Below are positions 50,301-63,100 of a stretch of 64,000 nucleotides of DNA, piece after piece (the stretch's first letter is position 1; the number at the start of each line of letters is the position of its first letter). A program made the position numbers and the translations under genes. The stretch is from positions 138,136,001-138,200,000 of the forward strand of contig JBITNC010000001.1 in the NCBI GenBank assembly GCA_050084985.1, in the 5' to 3' direction. The stretch is from Nageia nagi (taxonomy: Eukaryota > Plantae > Pinophyta). Under the pieces are notes generated by a model. It was not told the DNA's origin and did not search any database. It saw only the letters and a list, made by a program, of their open reading frames with translations.

Positions 50301-51778
50301 TCAACCTTCTACACAAGGGACAACAAACAAAATGGAAGGAATTGACGATGGCATCAATAAATATCTAGTCAAATGGAAGGGTTTTCTTGAAGGGTTGGCT
50401 ACATTAGCACCCAATTGCTTGGGGACAAGGAATTTGGGAGGGTTGGACTTGTAATGTCGCTAAATTTATTTCCAACTTGTATATATTGTAAAAATGGGTT
50501 TAAGTGTGTTAGTAAACCTCTAGGTGGAGGCCATTCAACCCTTGGACATCATTTATGGTGTTTTGCAATATTTTGTTGTAAATATGAGAGTTATATAGGT
50601 TAATAAGTGTGTTTTGATAAATTTTAATGTTAGTATATGGGTTAATAGAGTTAGTTATGGTGTTAGGAGGGTTTTTGTGGCAAAAATGCTACCATATTAA
50701 ATGCTTTTGGCAAAGTGACATTTTTAACAAGGATTAATGTAAATGATTGGATTAAATAAGTAGTATTGGTCCCAACAATCACCTAAGTTGTCTTGTTGAC
50801 AAGAAAGAATAATAGCGCTTAGATCTTATGTTTTGATAAGATATAATCTCAACCATTGATTGGAATCAATGGCCAATATCTAATCTATTATTAGGGTTGT
50901 TATTAGAAGAGAAGATATTTTAATCTTAACTCTTCATGAAGATCAATGGCTAGGATCTATTCTCTCGTTGATTTTTGCTATAAAAAAAGAAGAGGGTTTC
51001 ATTTGTAACCCTATACTTGGAAGAATATGTTATTTTGGGAGAATATTGTTGTGGCCAACAAGTTCTTTGGGTTCTTGCATTTTGCAAAAGATTTTGGGGT
51101 TCCCGTTGGATCACACCATTGGAGGCTAGAGGGGTAAAACCCTAGAGCTAACTACCCAACCATTGTGACAAATCCATTCCAGGATTTGTATTTGAGCTTA
51201 AATTGTTGAGAATCTAGACAACAATCAGATCTAAAGAAAGAGATCAACAAAGTTGCAATTTTGTGCTTGTTTGAAGGAGCCACACCCTCAAGGTGTGATG
51301 TCAGCCCTAGAGGGGCATTATTGTTGTGTTTGAAGATCATACTTGCCTTGTGGAGGCCATTTCCAGCTGTTCCCACAGTTGGAATTTTCTGTTTAAGACC
51401 AGATCCGTTTACTTGGCCATTTCTAGCCAAGAATTTGTGCCCTAGGGCCCGGATTTGCTGTTTTGTTGGTAAAGTTTCCTGTTTCAATTTCATTAACCCA
51501 TTTGGGGTAGATCAGAACTATGCTGCATCATTTATTGGTAATAAACATCAGTTTGCTGCAATCTCTTGTGTAAAAATATATTAGTAATTTTTCTTGGTCT
51601 CAATATTTACTATATTTGGTTAACAATTGGAGGGTTTGCTTGAAATAATATTTCCTTTCATCTAAAAATAAAATTAGAATTTTTGAATGGTGAAAGTTGT
51701 AGATCTCACCAACTAGGGTTTACTGTCTCTACAATTTTTTGTAACATTTTCTGATAAATTTCAGCAAAGTTTATTTCA
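47307..51778 (+). mobile_element. Internally deleted chromovirus (Ty3/Gypsy): 5' LTR 47307-48312 (5'-truncated), 3' LTR 50450-51778
   Basis: LTR pair; PBS TGGTATCAGAGCC at 48314; gag (KLTLPFFDG, YATLHLDG, YVEEFQ), knuckle CFHC, protease VLIDGGATLNFI, chromodomain YLVKWKG; PPT GGGAGGG before TGTAATG. Confidence 0.92.
48314..48326 (+). promoter_or_regulatory. Primer-binding site (tRNA-iMet)
   Basis: TGGTATCAGAGCC, 1 nt after the LTR-terminal CA. Confidence 0.9.
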
Positions 51779-53212
51779 TTTTTCTAGAAAATGATGATAA
51801 TAACATAAGGAATACATTTTTTTAATGTTATAAATGAGAACCCATGGGCCAAGGACAAATAATACTCATTTTTGTAGTTAATGGAGTAAGATTGTAACTC
51901 TTGTATAATACAAGTTATCAATAATGATCAATAAGAAATTTTCAAAACCAATGAACATCATTCACCTAAAAAGATACTATGCTTGAACTTTGATCTTTTA
52001 CTTTAATATATTGTTTGCTTTGCCTCTACATTTTCATACTATAGTATAGGTTGTACCATACATTTTCATGCTTTCGTGCACTCCAAGACCCCTTCTCTTC
52101 TGCATGCTTTGGAACCAAGAACTCAAAAACACATGTTTTGGGCTTAGACATCTACATAATTGTGCCTTCCGAAAAATCTACAAAAATCAACTGTATATTT
52201 CAAATCTAGATTTTTATTTTCATTATCTTTTGAAATAACAAATGAAAATGATTATTTTTGCATGATCTACACATCATTTTCTACAACATTATTTATGTGG
52301 TTATCATTTTCTGCAATATCATTTCTACATTTATCATATTTTATATTATCATTTTCAGAATTGTCATGCTTTGAATTATCTTTTTTTGAATCATCAAAAT
52401 CTAAATTATCTGCTACCCCATTACAAAATTGTTAAGTATTATCTATGTTCTATATCTTTAATCTTCTAAATTGTTTGTGTCTCATCTTGCTGAATTATCT
52501 ATTACATAAATTGTTGAAGATTACCATATCATCGACTACATGATTTATCACTACTAATAAAGAGAGGTGCCTAATCACTATAAGACTTATCATATCCCTA
52601 TTAACCATCTAGGATAGGCAAATACACTTTCTCAATTATCTTTATTTTGTAGGTATCACACAAATATTGCTTTGAGCTTTTGTATTTTAGCACAAACTTC
52701 ACATGTAAGCTAAAATAAAAAGCATAATCAACATACCATTTGCTTTGCTCTAAAATAACATGGTCATCCAAGCTCTTGCTTGTCCTTATCAGCCTTTGGG
52801 TTAAGGATTAATCTATAGCCATATCATGACAGGTTCTTTATTTAGACAATAGCATAAGACTTCATGAAATTTTGTATCCTTCTTATTTTTGAATATGACT
52901 GTGAATTGTTGACCATATTCCAAAAGGGGCAAATTATAGAAACTTCAAATTGCATTTTGACTATTTAAAAAGGATTTTATTTAAGTGATTTGCTTGATTT
53001 ATGTAAAATATCAATTTGGGTAATTCTAGGCCAACTTAAAGGGAAATTCTCTAGGTTAGCATTATCTTATATGCACATTATTATACGATGGCTTCGCCTA
53101 GGTGAATGGAAATAGAAAATTTCTCAAACCCATACAAAACATCCCCAAGTGCTCTTTTTATACATGATCAACCAGGCTAAAAAAGAAGTAAACAATTATC
53201 ATTGATTGTTAT

Positions 53213-55810
53213 AGTTGGAAACCTAATCCTTAGGGATTAAGATTGATTGTAAATATTAATTAGTTTAGGTGTTATAAGTGTGTAGAAGTGTGAAAGTTGT
53301 TAATATTTATGTATATTAGGATTAGAATATTAGTGATATTCTAAGAGTCATGGAAGATGAAGATAAAAAGATCATTGGGAGTTCAAAAGTCACCTTAGAA
53401 GGTGGAATGATTAGTCACATCTCCATGTATTTATATGTGATCAATTTGATGTAAAAGATCATTGCGAGTTCATTTTTGTATACCCATTTTCATTCTGATC
53501 ATTTCCATATATCGGATGAGGAACTTATTATCGTTTGAAGTTTTTGTATAAAGCTTTTTTAGGATTGATTTGAAGTTTGAAGTTGTAGCAGAGCATTTGT
53601 TTGAATTTTATGCTATCATTAGAATCTTACACCAACAATTAGTTTGAGAGCACCCACAAGAGTAAGAGAACACCTGACCTCTGATTGTGTGTTAGACCCA
53701 GTCATTTGGTGTTCACCCTCCTCCATCTTTACTTTTCTTCAAATATGTTGTCCATTGTTTTATCTCCTTTATACCTACAAGGCTGTTATGTTTGTTGACT
53801 TGCATGCTCCCCAGTACCCATTTCGTAATATTCCTACCTTTGTTCTACCTCTTTGCATGCATTGGAACTTGGACCTATGCATCTATTGTTGTTCATTTAG
53901 ATTTTGTGTGTGCCCCCACTTATTGTCTTGCAATGTGGAGAAATTGTTGAGTTAGATGAAGACAACAAGGTATATTCCAATGCAATACTTGTGTTACATG
54001 ATGTGGAGGTTGATGATAAAGTATTGCTTCTTTGCTAGCATAGTGTTTGGTGCTCCATCACTTGTTTGGATCTTGTGTCGTGTTTGATCATGGTGGACCA
54101 CCCGCCTACTTTTTGTGTTGTGCCTATTTGACTAATCAACACTTTGCCAAGTCAGCACTATTCCTGCCAACTCATTCACCTTGTCAACCAATGCCTTTGT
54201 TCAATTGATTGTGTTTTTTGGTGATGTTTGAGCAATTTTACATTTTGAGGGTATTTTTGCCATAAGTAGATCAATATATGTCTTTTTTCGATGTTGAAAC
54301 CTTTATCATGGAGGCATTTATTTTTGAAGGTGCATTAATAATTTATGGGTATCTTATCATTTTTGAAGAGCATTTTATTTTATGTTCTTTAATTTTTTAA
54401 GATAAACTTTAAGAATATTTTGTGGATTTGTGAAATCCTTTGTGTATTTGGAGGAATATTGATGAGAATATATGTTTTTGGAGGAAATTAACATAGTTTC
54501 CATTTTGTTTCTGGAAATATTATATTTTTCATAGTAAGACAATTTTTGTGGAGGATCTTGATGTTGTTTTTAGAAGGTAGCTACAGTTTCTTTGTTGTCC
54601 TTTGAAGGTTGAAAGTGCAAATATGATCATGTGCTTCTCTCTTTGGTTGAGTTGCCTTGTTTGGAGGTGCTCCTTATCATGTTGTGAAGGTGACAAAGAA
54701 GGCATTTTGCAATAGTCACCCTTGAAGATGAAGATGGTGCATCCTTTGATTTTTGAAGGTATTGCTATATAGTAATATACTCGCCTTTATTTTGAAGACT
54801 CAGTATTGATAATATAGCCATTTTTGAAGATGGTTTTGTTACTCTTCACTCCACATTTTCTACTAGTGTTGCTCAACAAGAGGAATCAAGGTGATGATTC
54901 TTCTAGAGGAAGTGTAGCACAACTTGAAGGAGGTTTGATCTACTTTGATGATGCCAAGATGATTGACTATTGTATGAAGGGGCTATATTCCATTTATGCT
55001 CCTTAAAGTCTACCCTTTTGTTGATGTTTGGTGCGACATCTTGTTGTTTCTTTGATGAAATTTAAAGCAGTGTATGAGATGGATTGTATGTTGTGAATGT
55101 GACAGATCACATAGTGTATGAACATGCTATGTGTGTGAGGCATAATATATGTTTCTTTATGCACATCATTGTGGTATTCATGGTGGAGAATATCTCTTCA
55201 TTCAAGAAAGATTTGTTGGTGATTGTTCGAGAGTTCTATGTGCGGATATTTTATCTTCTTTGGAATGTTCTGTGTCGAAGAAATTAAATTTCTTCATGGT
55301 TTCTTGGAGGAGACTTGGTTGCACTTCATTATCCTTAGACATCATCCACTACTCTTCTTGTTTGGATAGAGACGATTTTGCCGATGCTTTTATGAAGAAG
55401 ACTCATGTTGTGGCATTTTTATTCCTAATCAAGGGGGAACACGAGCTTAATCCTTGAGTTGGATCTCGAGGAGATAACTTATTATTGTTGGAGAAGATTG
55501 TTCTACATGCCTTGAGGCACATCTTTTTGTTTTTATTTCCTTTCTTCGTCCCTTTCGGATTAAGTGGGAGAATGTTGGGAACCTAATCATTAGGGATTAA
55601 GGTTGATTGTAAATATTAATTAGTTTAGGTGTGATAAGTGTGAAAGTACTTAATATTTTGGTATTTTAGGATTCGAATATTAGTGATATTCTAAGATTCA
55701 TGGAAGATGAAGATAAGGAGTCCATAGGGAGGCCATAAGTCACCTTATAACGTGAATTGATAAGTCACATAGAATGTGATCAATTTGATGTACTAAAAGC
55801 TTTTTGAAGT
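53213..55810 (+). mobile_element. Non-autonomous Copia-type LTR element: 5' LTR 53213-53637, partial 3' LTR from 55573, non-coding interior
   Basis: GTTGG.AACCTAATC.TTAGGGATTAAG... repeated; 5' LTR ends ACCAACA followed by degenerate PBS TAGTTTGAGAGC; PPT AAGTGGGAGAA before TGTTGG. Confidence 0.8.
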
Positions 55811-57049
55811 TAATACATTACAAATTTGGAATCTAATACTGGGCCTTATAGTTACAAAAAGAGCATTAAAAATATCAAAGAGGTAAAGCTTAAAATGCAG
55901 GTCAAACTGAGAGTTAGCGTTGGAATGCCCATGATTCTAGCACCTAGTCCCAAAATGCCTGGAGTTTGGGTACCTAGTCCTAGAATTTCCAATGCTCTAA
56001 CACCATAGGCCCATGCAAAAGTTTTGTTCTTGAGCCTTTGTAACCTCCATGGTTGAACCAAGTCATTTTGGTATGTTTTCACATCTATTCTAGTATAGTT
56101 GAAGTAGAATAATTACTTCAATATTGTCTTTCATAATTATCAAGATATACAATCTAGCTACAACTAAGGTTCATCCTCCAAGAGCATAAGCTATCTACCA
56201 CCAAGAATTCAATCTTTCACCCTCCAAATAAGTCTTTTCTATATCTCCTTTTGTAAATTTGTATATTTCTAATTGCTATTATTCTATTTTCAATTTGTAG
56301 ATCCATAATTTTTGTATTTATAAGGAAACTATCATTTTCATTCAAAATCCCAAATTAAGTTATTAATGATCAATGTTAAAATTTTACATTTTATTATTAT
56401 AAGTTTTTTTCTTGGTGAAGGAAGCTGACAAGCATGAAATCCAAAATGGCATGGACAAAGGTTTTTGCGAGTCTGTTAGGTTGATCACATGTGCACGAGG
56501 TTTTCAGGCTTGTGGTAGGCTCTATCCTTTGAGACTATAGGCCCAAACTTGTGTAGGTGCACACATTACGCAAGGAAAAGCAAAGGCATGGGCATCTAGT
56601 CTATGAGAGCACATAGACGAACTTGCTAATTCTAGTCAGCATGAGTGGGGGTCAAACGGGGTCAGGAATGATGTTGGAGCATCACCAAGGTTGATTGCCA
56701 CTAACTAGGAGATGGACTCATAGTAAGGGAAAAACACACTAATTTTTAGGGTTTAAAAGTTTAAATATTAAATTTGGTGTGCAAATTGAGGGTGTGATTG
56801 TAGTTCAATGGAGTTATCCTTTGATGGGAATCTTTTGCAGGGGGACTCATTGAGCCCTTTGAAAGAGAAAGAAGAAAGAGGTAGAGCAAGCAAAATGAAA
56901 TGGATGGCTTCATCAAGTAGACTCAATCCCATTCTTAGAAATAAAGGAACGATTATTGGTAGATGATATTGTGTACAAGTCTACACATGCTTTGATATTG
57001 TGGAGGTCTAAGTGGCTAAAGAATGGATACTCTGGCAAAATCATGCATG

Positions 57050-59140
57050 AGAATTTTTTTAAGTCATGAGGGTATTTTTTTTAATGAGTGCAAAAGAACT
57101 CACTCAAAACGGTGCAATTGGGTACAAATCTGCATTTTTAGGTCTGAAATTATGCATTTTCATATCAATTGGTCACTCCATTATCATAAGGCAAGGTGCA
57201 TACATGAATTTTCATGCATTTTCTCTCCAAGTCCTCTTATAGAATTGATAACTTTGTTGACTCTTAGCATATAAGCAGCCACATCCTCGTCTTGGTTCAT
57301 TTTTAGAATTTCAAACTGTGACCTAAAAGTCTGTAGCTTAGCCTCCTTGATTTGGTCATCTCCTTCATGAATGCTTTGCAATTTTTAGAGCTTAAAAACT
57401 TCAAAAATTGAGAAGGTGCAACCCAAAAGAGGCAATTTGCATGTATTTTGATATTAAAAGTGCCAATACTTGGAAAGTACGACCAAGAGAAGAAGAATTT
57501 GCACGGTTTTTGGCCTTACAATTACTAAAACTCTTCAAAAGTGTGAAATAGGGACCAAGTAGCATGTTTTTTGATCTTGCAATGCCCAAATTCGAAAACA
57601 TGCAATTGAGGATTAAGTCGCACCTCTTTTGAGCTTGATTTCACCATATTTGAAAACATGTAACCAAGGAGTAAGTTTCACCTTTTTTGAGTTTGAAATC
57701 ATCGAATTTGAAAAGGTGTGACTAGGTCAAAATTGCATCATTCTGGATCTTAAAGTGCCAGCTGACCAACCAGAGGCTGACATGTGTCATGAGAGGAGCA
57801 TGAGGGGCTATAAATACCAAGTTCAGCACTCCATTTTTCCATCAAGCACTCCCTTTGTCTCCAATCATACGTTTTCCAATTTCAAGGATTTAACATCATT
57901 TTTGTGATGCAAATTCATTGAGATCTTCTATCCTTGGTCTTCTATTTCTAGATCTTGGAAGCTTAATATCATTGTTTGATGCGAAAATGTCAAAAGCCTT
58001 TCCTATAGTCACAAGCTTTCAAATTTCAGAATTGTAAGATATTTTCCCTTTGTCGCATGCTTTCAACTCTTGCAAAGTCTAATCTCCATTTTGATGCAAA
58101 CCAGTCAAAACTCAAAACTCACTCCTTCAAAGTTGCATGTGTCAAAATGTTAAAAAAATTTTAATACCTCTAATTGATGCAAGCTTGTTGAGCCCCTCTT
58201 CCACTCGCATGTTTGTCAAGATCAAGATTTTAATGCCCAATTAGGATGGGAGATTGAGATCTCTTATCCTTGGTCGCACTTTTTCAAATTTGGAAAAATT
58301 AATGGCAGCTTTTGATGAAGGACACCCTCAAATCGCATGGGTTCCAATTTTAAACTTTTAATGTTTCATTTTGATGCAACTAAGTTTAAAACTCCTTCAA
58401 GACTCCTTTTGGTACGAACCAGGTTGAAGAATTCATGAAAGAAGATCCAAATCTTTACTCTTTCCAAGACATGAATATCAAATGAAGCAGACCAAAGACT
58501 TTGTTTTAAATTTTATTTGTTTTAAAAGACTTTTTCATTTACTTAATTTATTTTCTTGTGAGGAAGAGTTTTTGCTCCCACAAGCGAAATGTAATTTTAG
58601 TACAATTCCAATTTCATTTCATTTGCATTAAGGCAACACTCAAATTAGGGCAACACTAGGTAGTTATGCCTAGAAAAACTATAAATACCCTTTATGGGTC
58701 ATTTTGTAGAGAGAGTAGAATAGAGAGGACCAAAGAGAAGGAAGCTTTATTGAAAGCAATGCAAAGAAGTGGATTTTTCATCTTTGGGGATATGAATTTC
58801 ATGATCTGAAAGCTTTTTCATTGCATGATGTAATTCAAGTGCTTGTGTTCTTTTCTCTTGAAAACTATGAGTTTTAGAGAAAGTTAGTTGAGTATCGTTT
58901 GAAGTGTTTGAATTGCTTTGTTTCTTATCTTGCATGAAAAGTGAATGTACTCTAAACATGTTCTCTTTCTATGTTGTTTAAAAGTGATCTTTCATTCAAA
59001 TTTGCTGTTTCCATCTTTTCATCTTTTTTTCCCATCTAGTGATCTCTAGAGGATCAAATTGCTATGTGCTCTTATCTACTTACAGTTTGGACTATGTAAT
59101 TTATATGTATATTTGAATGAATGAATGAAAGACATTAACA
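57050..59140 (+). mobile_element. LTR-like region related in layout to 17484-30265 but without the ORF; left boundary uncertain
   Basis: TGCGACC/GGTCGCA-type motif array; TATAAATA 57809; TTAGGGCAACAC 58645; CTATAAATACC 58679; GTTTGGACTA near the end ...TTAACA 59140. Confidence 0.5.
57218..57385 (-). pseudogene. Isolated Copia gag (UBN2-type) fragment
   Basis: LQSIHEGDDQIKEAKLQTFRSQFEILKMNQDEDVAAYMLRVNKVINSIRGLGEK. Confidence 0.85.
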
Positions 59141-59164
59141 AACTTGGAAAACTAATGATTTAGA

Positions 59165-59699
59165 CGAGGTTGTCACGGCCTGGGGGATGGGGAAACGTGG
59201 GGACATGTCCCCGAGGATAGCAGGGGACGATGACCCGATTTTAGGAAATGCGAGGGGGACAGAAAGTATATATATATTAAAAAATCCCTAGAATTTTTAG
59301 ATTTAAGAAAACTTAAAAAGTAAATATTACTTATTAGATATAATTTCAATGTTTCATTCATCATTAGCATTATTGATTCATTCAAGGACTATCAAACATG
59401 TAACATATTTTGAAAATCAGAAATTGAGAAATGACTCAATGAGAAATCAAAAAATCTGAATCATGATTGATAAATAAACATGAGCCATAAAAAGATTCAT
59501 TCTAATAATCCTAGTCAATAATCACAATGTCATAAAGTTTGAATATGGTAAGGCCCAAAAAGTAAAACATAGTCTTTGACATGAACATGTCAAATAAGCC
59601 ATGTCAAAAACTAAAATAATAAACTAGGAGCCTATCGGCTAATGAAATAGTGCCTCTCTATCAGCATCACTATCAACGTCTTCATCTAATTGAAGAATT
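59165..59699 (-). mobile_element. 3' end of a second hAT element, interrupted by the Copia insertion
   Basis: GGGGAC/GGGAAACG subterminal repeats. Minus strand LQLDEDVDSDADREALFH*PIGS* resembles the first hAT C-terminus (LHLDDD...AHEPIDS*). TTCAAAC.T.ATGACATT is shared with ~14662. Confidence 0.75.
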
Positions 59700-60095
59700 T
59701 GAAGACCAACCGACCGGCTACCTATAACCGGCCAACTGGCTAGAATAAGTGAACCGGCCACTCGGCTAAGCAGCCGGCCTGCCGGCTAGTTCTGTTTTCT
59801 GTGTATGTCGTTTTTCCTTCCTGTGGCTTTCCAGTTCATGTTTCTTGGTGTTTCAGCTTCTAGGCTGAAGGGTAAAGGTCGACTACGGCCTCTATAAATG
59901 TTTGTAATGTATTTTGCAGTTTCATCGAAGTGTGTGGAGTTGTATTGGAGTTGTAGCTTGCATTCTCAATAATCAATTTGGTGTTGGATTCAATTTCAGT
60001 TCTCCATTGTTGTTGAGTTGTGCAATTTCATTTTTCTGAGTTGTATTGTGAATTGTTAGGCAATTCATTTTTTTTGTTATAGTTAAAGAACTTCA
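59700..60095 (+). mobile_element. 5' LTR of Ty1/Copia element (396 bp)
   Basis: TGAAG...CTTCA; TATAAAT at ~59894; ACCGGC repeats in U3; PBS follows. Confidence 0.92.
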
Positions 60096-60097
60096 TT

Positions 60098-60109
60098 TGG
60101 TATCAGAGC
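60098..60109 (+). promoter_or_regulatory. Primer-binding site (tRNA-iMet)
   Basis: TGGTATCAGAGC, 2 nt after the LTR. Confidence 0.93.
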
Positions 60110-60144
60110 AAGGTTGGATCAATTTGGGTTCAAGAAGTGAAGAC

Positions 60145-63100
60145 ATGGAAAGCAACTCCAACTCAATCATCATTCCAGAGTTTGATGGAGCAGACTATGA
60201 ATATTGGAGTGTTCGAATGAAGACTCTACTGACCGGTAAAGGATATTGGGACATTGTAGTGGTTGGCTACACTGAACCGACAGATTGGAGTGCATTGAGT
60301 GCAGATGCAAAGAAGGAAGCAAAGGAGAATGAGAGACAAAACTCCATGGCTCTGTCCTTCATACAAGCAGCCTTAGACAGGAGCATCTTCCCACGAATCT
60401 CAGCATGTGTCTCAGCCCAAGAAGCATGGGCAGTCTTGAGAGAAGGCTATTAAGGGAGCCTCAAGGTGAAGGAAGTAAAACTCCAAACATTGAGAAGGGA
60501 GTTTGAAAATATGAAGCAAGAGGAGAAGGAGACTGTTTGAGATTATTGTGTGAGAGTGAAAGCCATAGTCAATAAGATGGCCACTCTTGGAGAGAAGATT
60601 GAAAAGGAGGTTGTCATCAAGAAGGTTTTGAGAACCTTAACCGAAAAATTTGACCATGCTGCACTCATAATTGAAGAAACAAAAGACCTCTCATCCTTGG
60701 AAATTGACAATTTGATTGGCTCTCTCACATCTCATGAAGAGAGGATGACAAAGAGGACAAAGGCTGGAAAAAGCAATAGTGATGAGCAAGCATTCTCTAT
60801 CAAAGAGAATGAAGGACAAGGAAGAGGACAAGGGAGAGGTGCAAGAGGAAGAGGAGGTAGAACCGGAAGAGGAGGAAGAAGAGGTTCGTTTGGAAGAGGT
60901 AGAGGAAGAGAGCAGAATTATGAAAGTGAACCAGCTTCATCATCAAGGGGGAGACACTCCGGAAGAGGAACTGGTAGAGGTAAGGATAAGAGGAATATGC
61001 AATGTTTTTATTGTAATAAATTTGGCCATTTTGAGTATGAATGTAGATCAAAACAAGCAAATGAAGGGAAGGCTACAAACCATGGAGAAGAAGAACATGG
61101 TTATGGTGAAGAACAATTGTTCTTATCAATGATGGATTGTGAAAAACTTGGAGAAGAGACTTGGCTATTAGATAGTGGCTGCTCAAACCACATGATCGGT
61201 GAGAAATCTTTACTTTCAGCGGTTGATCATTCCTACAAATCCAGTGTGCGGTTGGGAAATGAGAAGAGGTTGGAGATACTTGGCAAAGGAGAGATGCAAG
61301 TTCCAACAAAACAAGGAACCATGAAGGTAAAGAACATTTACTACACTCCGGATTTAAAACAAAGTTTATTGAGTATTGGCCAAATGCTTGAGAAAAATTA
61401 CAAATTGGTGTTTGAAGATAGAATGTGCAAAATTTATGATAAACATCATGGAGGAAGGCTAGTAACTACTGTTCAAATGACTAAAAATAAACTCTTTCCC
61501 ATTAAATTTTTTGAGAAAAATGGTGGCTGTGTTTTTGTTGGGATTGAGGATAAAAGCAAGCTTTGGCATATGAGGCTTGGACACTTGAATTTTGGGAGCT
61601 TGAAAGCTCTTCCGGAAATGGTTAGAGGGCTGCCAAAACTAGAAGAATGCAAGGATGTGTGTGAAGGATGTGCACTAGGCAAGCAAGCAAGGGGGAAGTT
61701 TCCAAAGGATGAAGCATGGAGAGCCAAACACCCTCTCCAATTGGTCCATACTGATATTTGTGGGCCTATGCAAACAACAAGCTTTGGTAAATCTACTTAC
61801 TTTATCACTTTCATTGATGATTTTACAAGAATGTGTTGGGTTTATTTTATCTCAAGCAAAGATGAAGCATTGAAATATTTTAAAGAATTTAAATTGCTAG
61901 TTGAGAAACAAAGTGAGCATAGTGTGAAGTGCTTAAGAAGTGATAGAGGAGGAGAATATTGCAGCAGTGAGTTCTTTCAATTTTGTAAAGAGAATGGTAT
62001 TAGGAGACACCTTACTTCTCCCTACACACCACAACAAAATGGTGTAGCGGAAAGGAAAAATAGGACTCTTGTTGAGATGGCAAGGAGTATGTTGCAAAGC
62101 AAGAAGTTGCCCAATGTTTATTGGGCTGAAGCAATTAAAACAGCAGTGTATATTTTGAACCTGTCTCCTACAAGAAGCTTGGACAAAATAACTCCCTATG
62201 AAGCTTGGTTTGAGAGAAAACCAAATTTAGAACACTTCAAAGTGTTTGGATGCCTTGCATATGTGCACATCAATGATGAAAGAAGGAGGAAACTAGATGC
62301 CAAATCTGAACCATGTGTGTTTATAGGATATTGTGAGCATTCAAAAGCTTACAAATTCTATAATCCCAAGAGCCACAAAACAATTGTATCAAGAGATGCA
62401 ATTTTTGATGAAGGGGGAGAGTACAACAGCCATAAAAAATTGCAGCAGAATGTATTTGGAGGAGATAGTTTGGAGGAGAATGAAGCATTGAAAGTGCAGC
62501 CCAGCCATGGTGTGAGGAAGAAAAATGAGGAACAGCCATCAAGTGTGAGTACTCCAAGCTCACCAACATCATCATCTAGCTCCAACACATCACCAAAAAG
62601 TGTAAGGGCACCAAGTTCACCCAATGCAAGATTGTTGAACCAAGGTAACAAAGGTAAGAGATGGTTGAGGGATCATCCGGAAAGCCAAATCATAGATGGC
62701 AACTCTATGAGAAGATTCACAAGGAGCCAAACTCAAGAGATGCAAAATCTTGTTGCAAGATTAGAGAGCATGCACATATATGGAGATGAAGACAATGGAG
62801 AGCCCAAAGGTGAAGTGGTAAATTATGCTCTTTCTTGTGTTTCAAATTCTATTTCAAATACAAATATTGCTGTTGTTGAGCCATCTTGTTATGAAGAAGC
62901 TTGTTCTAATGGTGTTTGGATGCAAGCTATGAAAGAAGAGATTGATGCTATTGAAAGAAATGATACTTGGGAACTTTGCAAGTTGCCCAAAGGTAAGAAA
63001 ATGGTTGGTTCCAAATGGGTGTACAAAACAAAATGCAAGAGTGATGGTAGTGTTGAGAGGTACAAAGCAAGGCTAGTGGCAAAGGGATTCACTCAGCAGT

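Noticed and set aside
47707-51584. Paired ORFs on both strands within the chromovirus LTRs (92-113 aa)
   Set aside because: They recur only because the LTR is duplicated; many differences are non-synonymous and no domain is recognisable.
52050-52800. Possible MULE or zinc-knuckle remnant (Asp/Asn-rich minus strand)
   Set aside because: Too decayed to assign without a database search.
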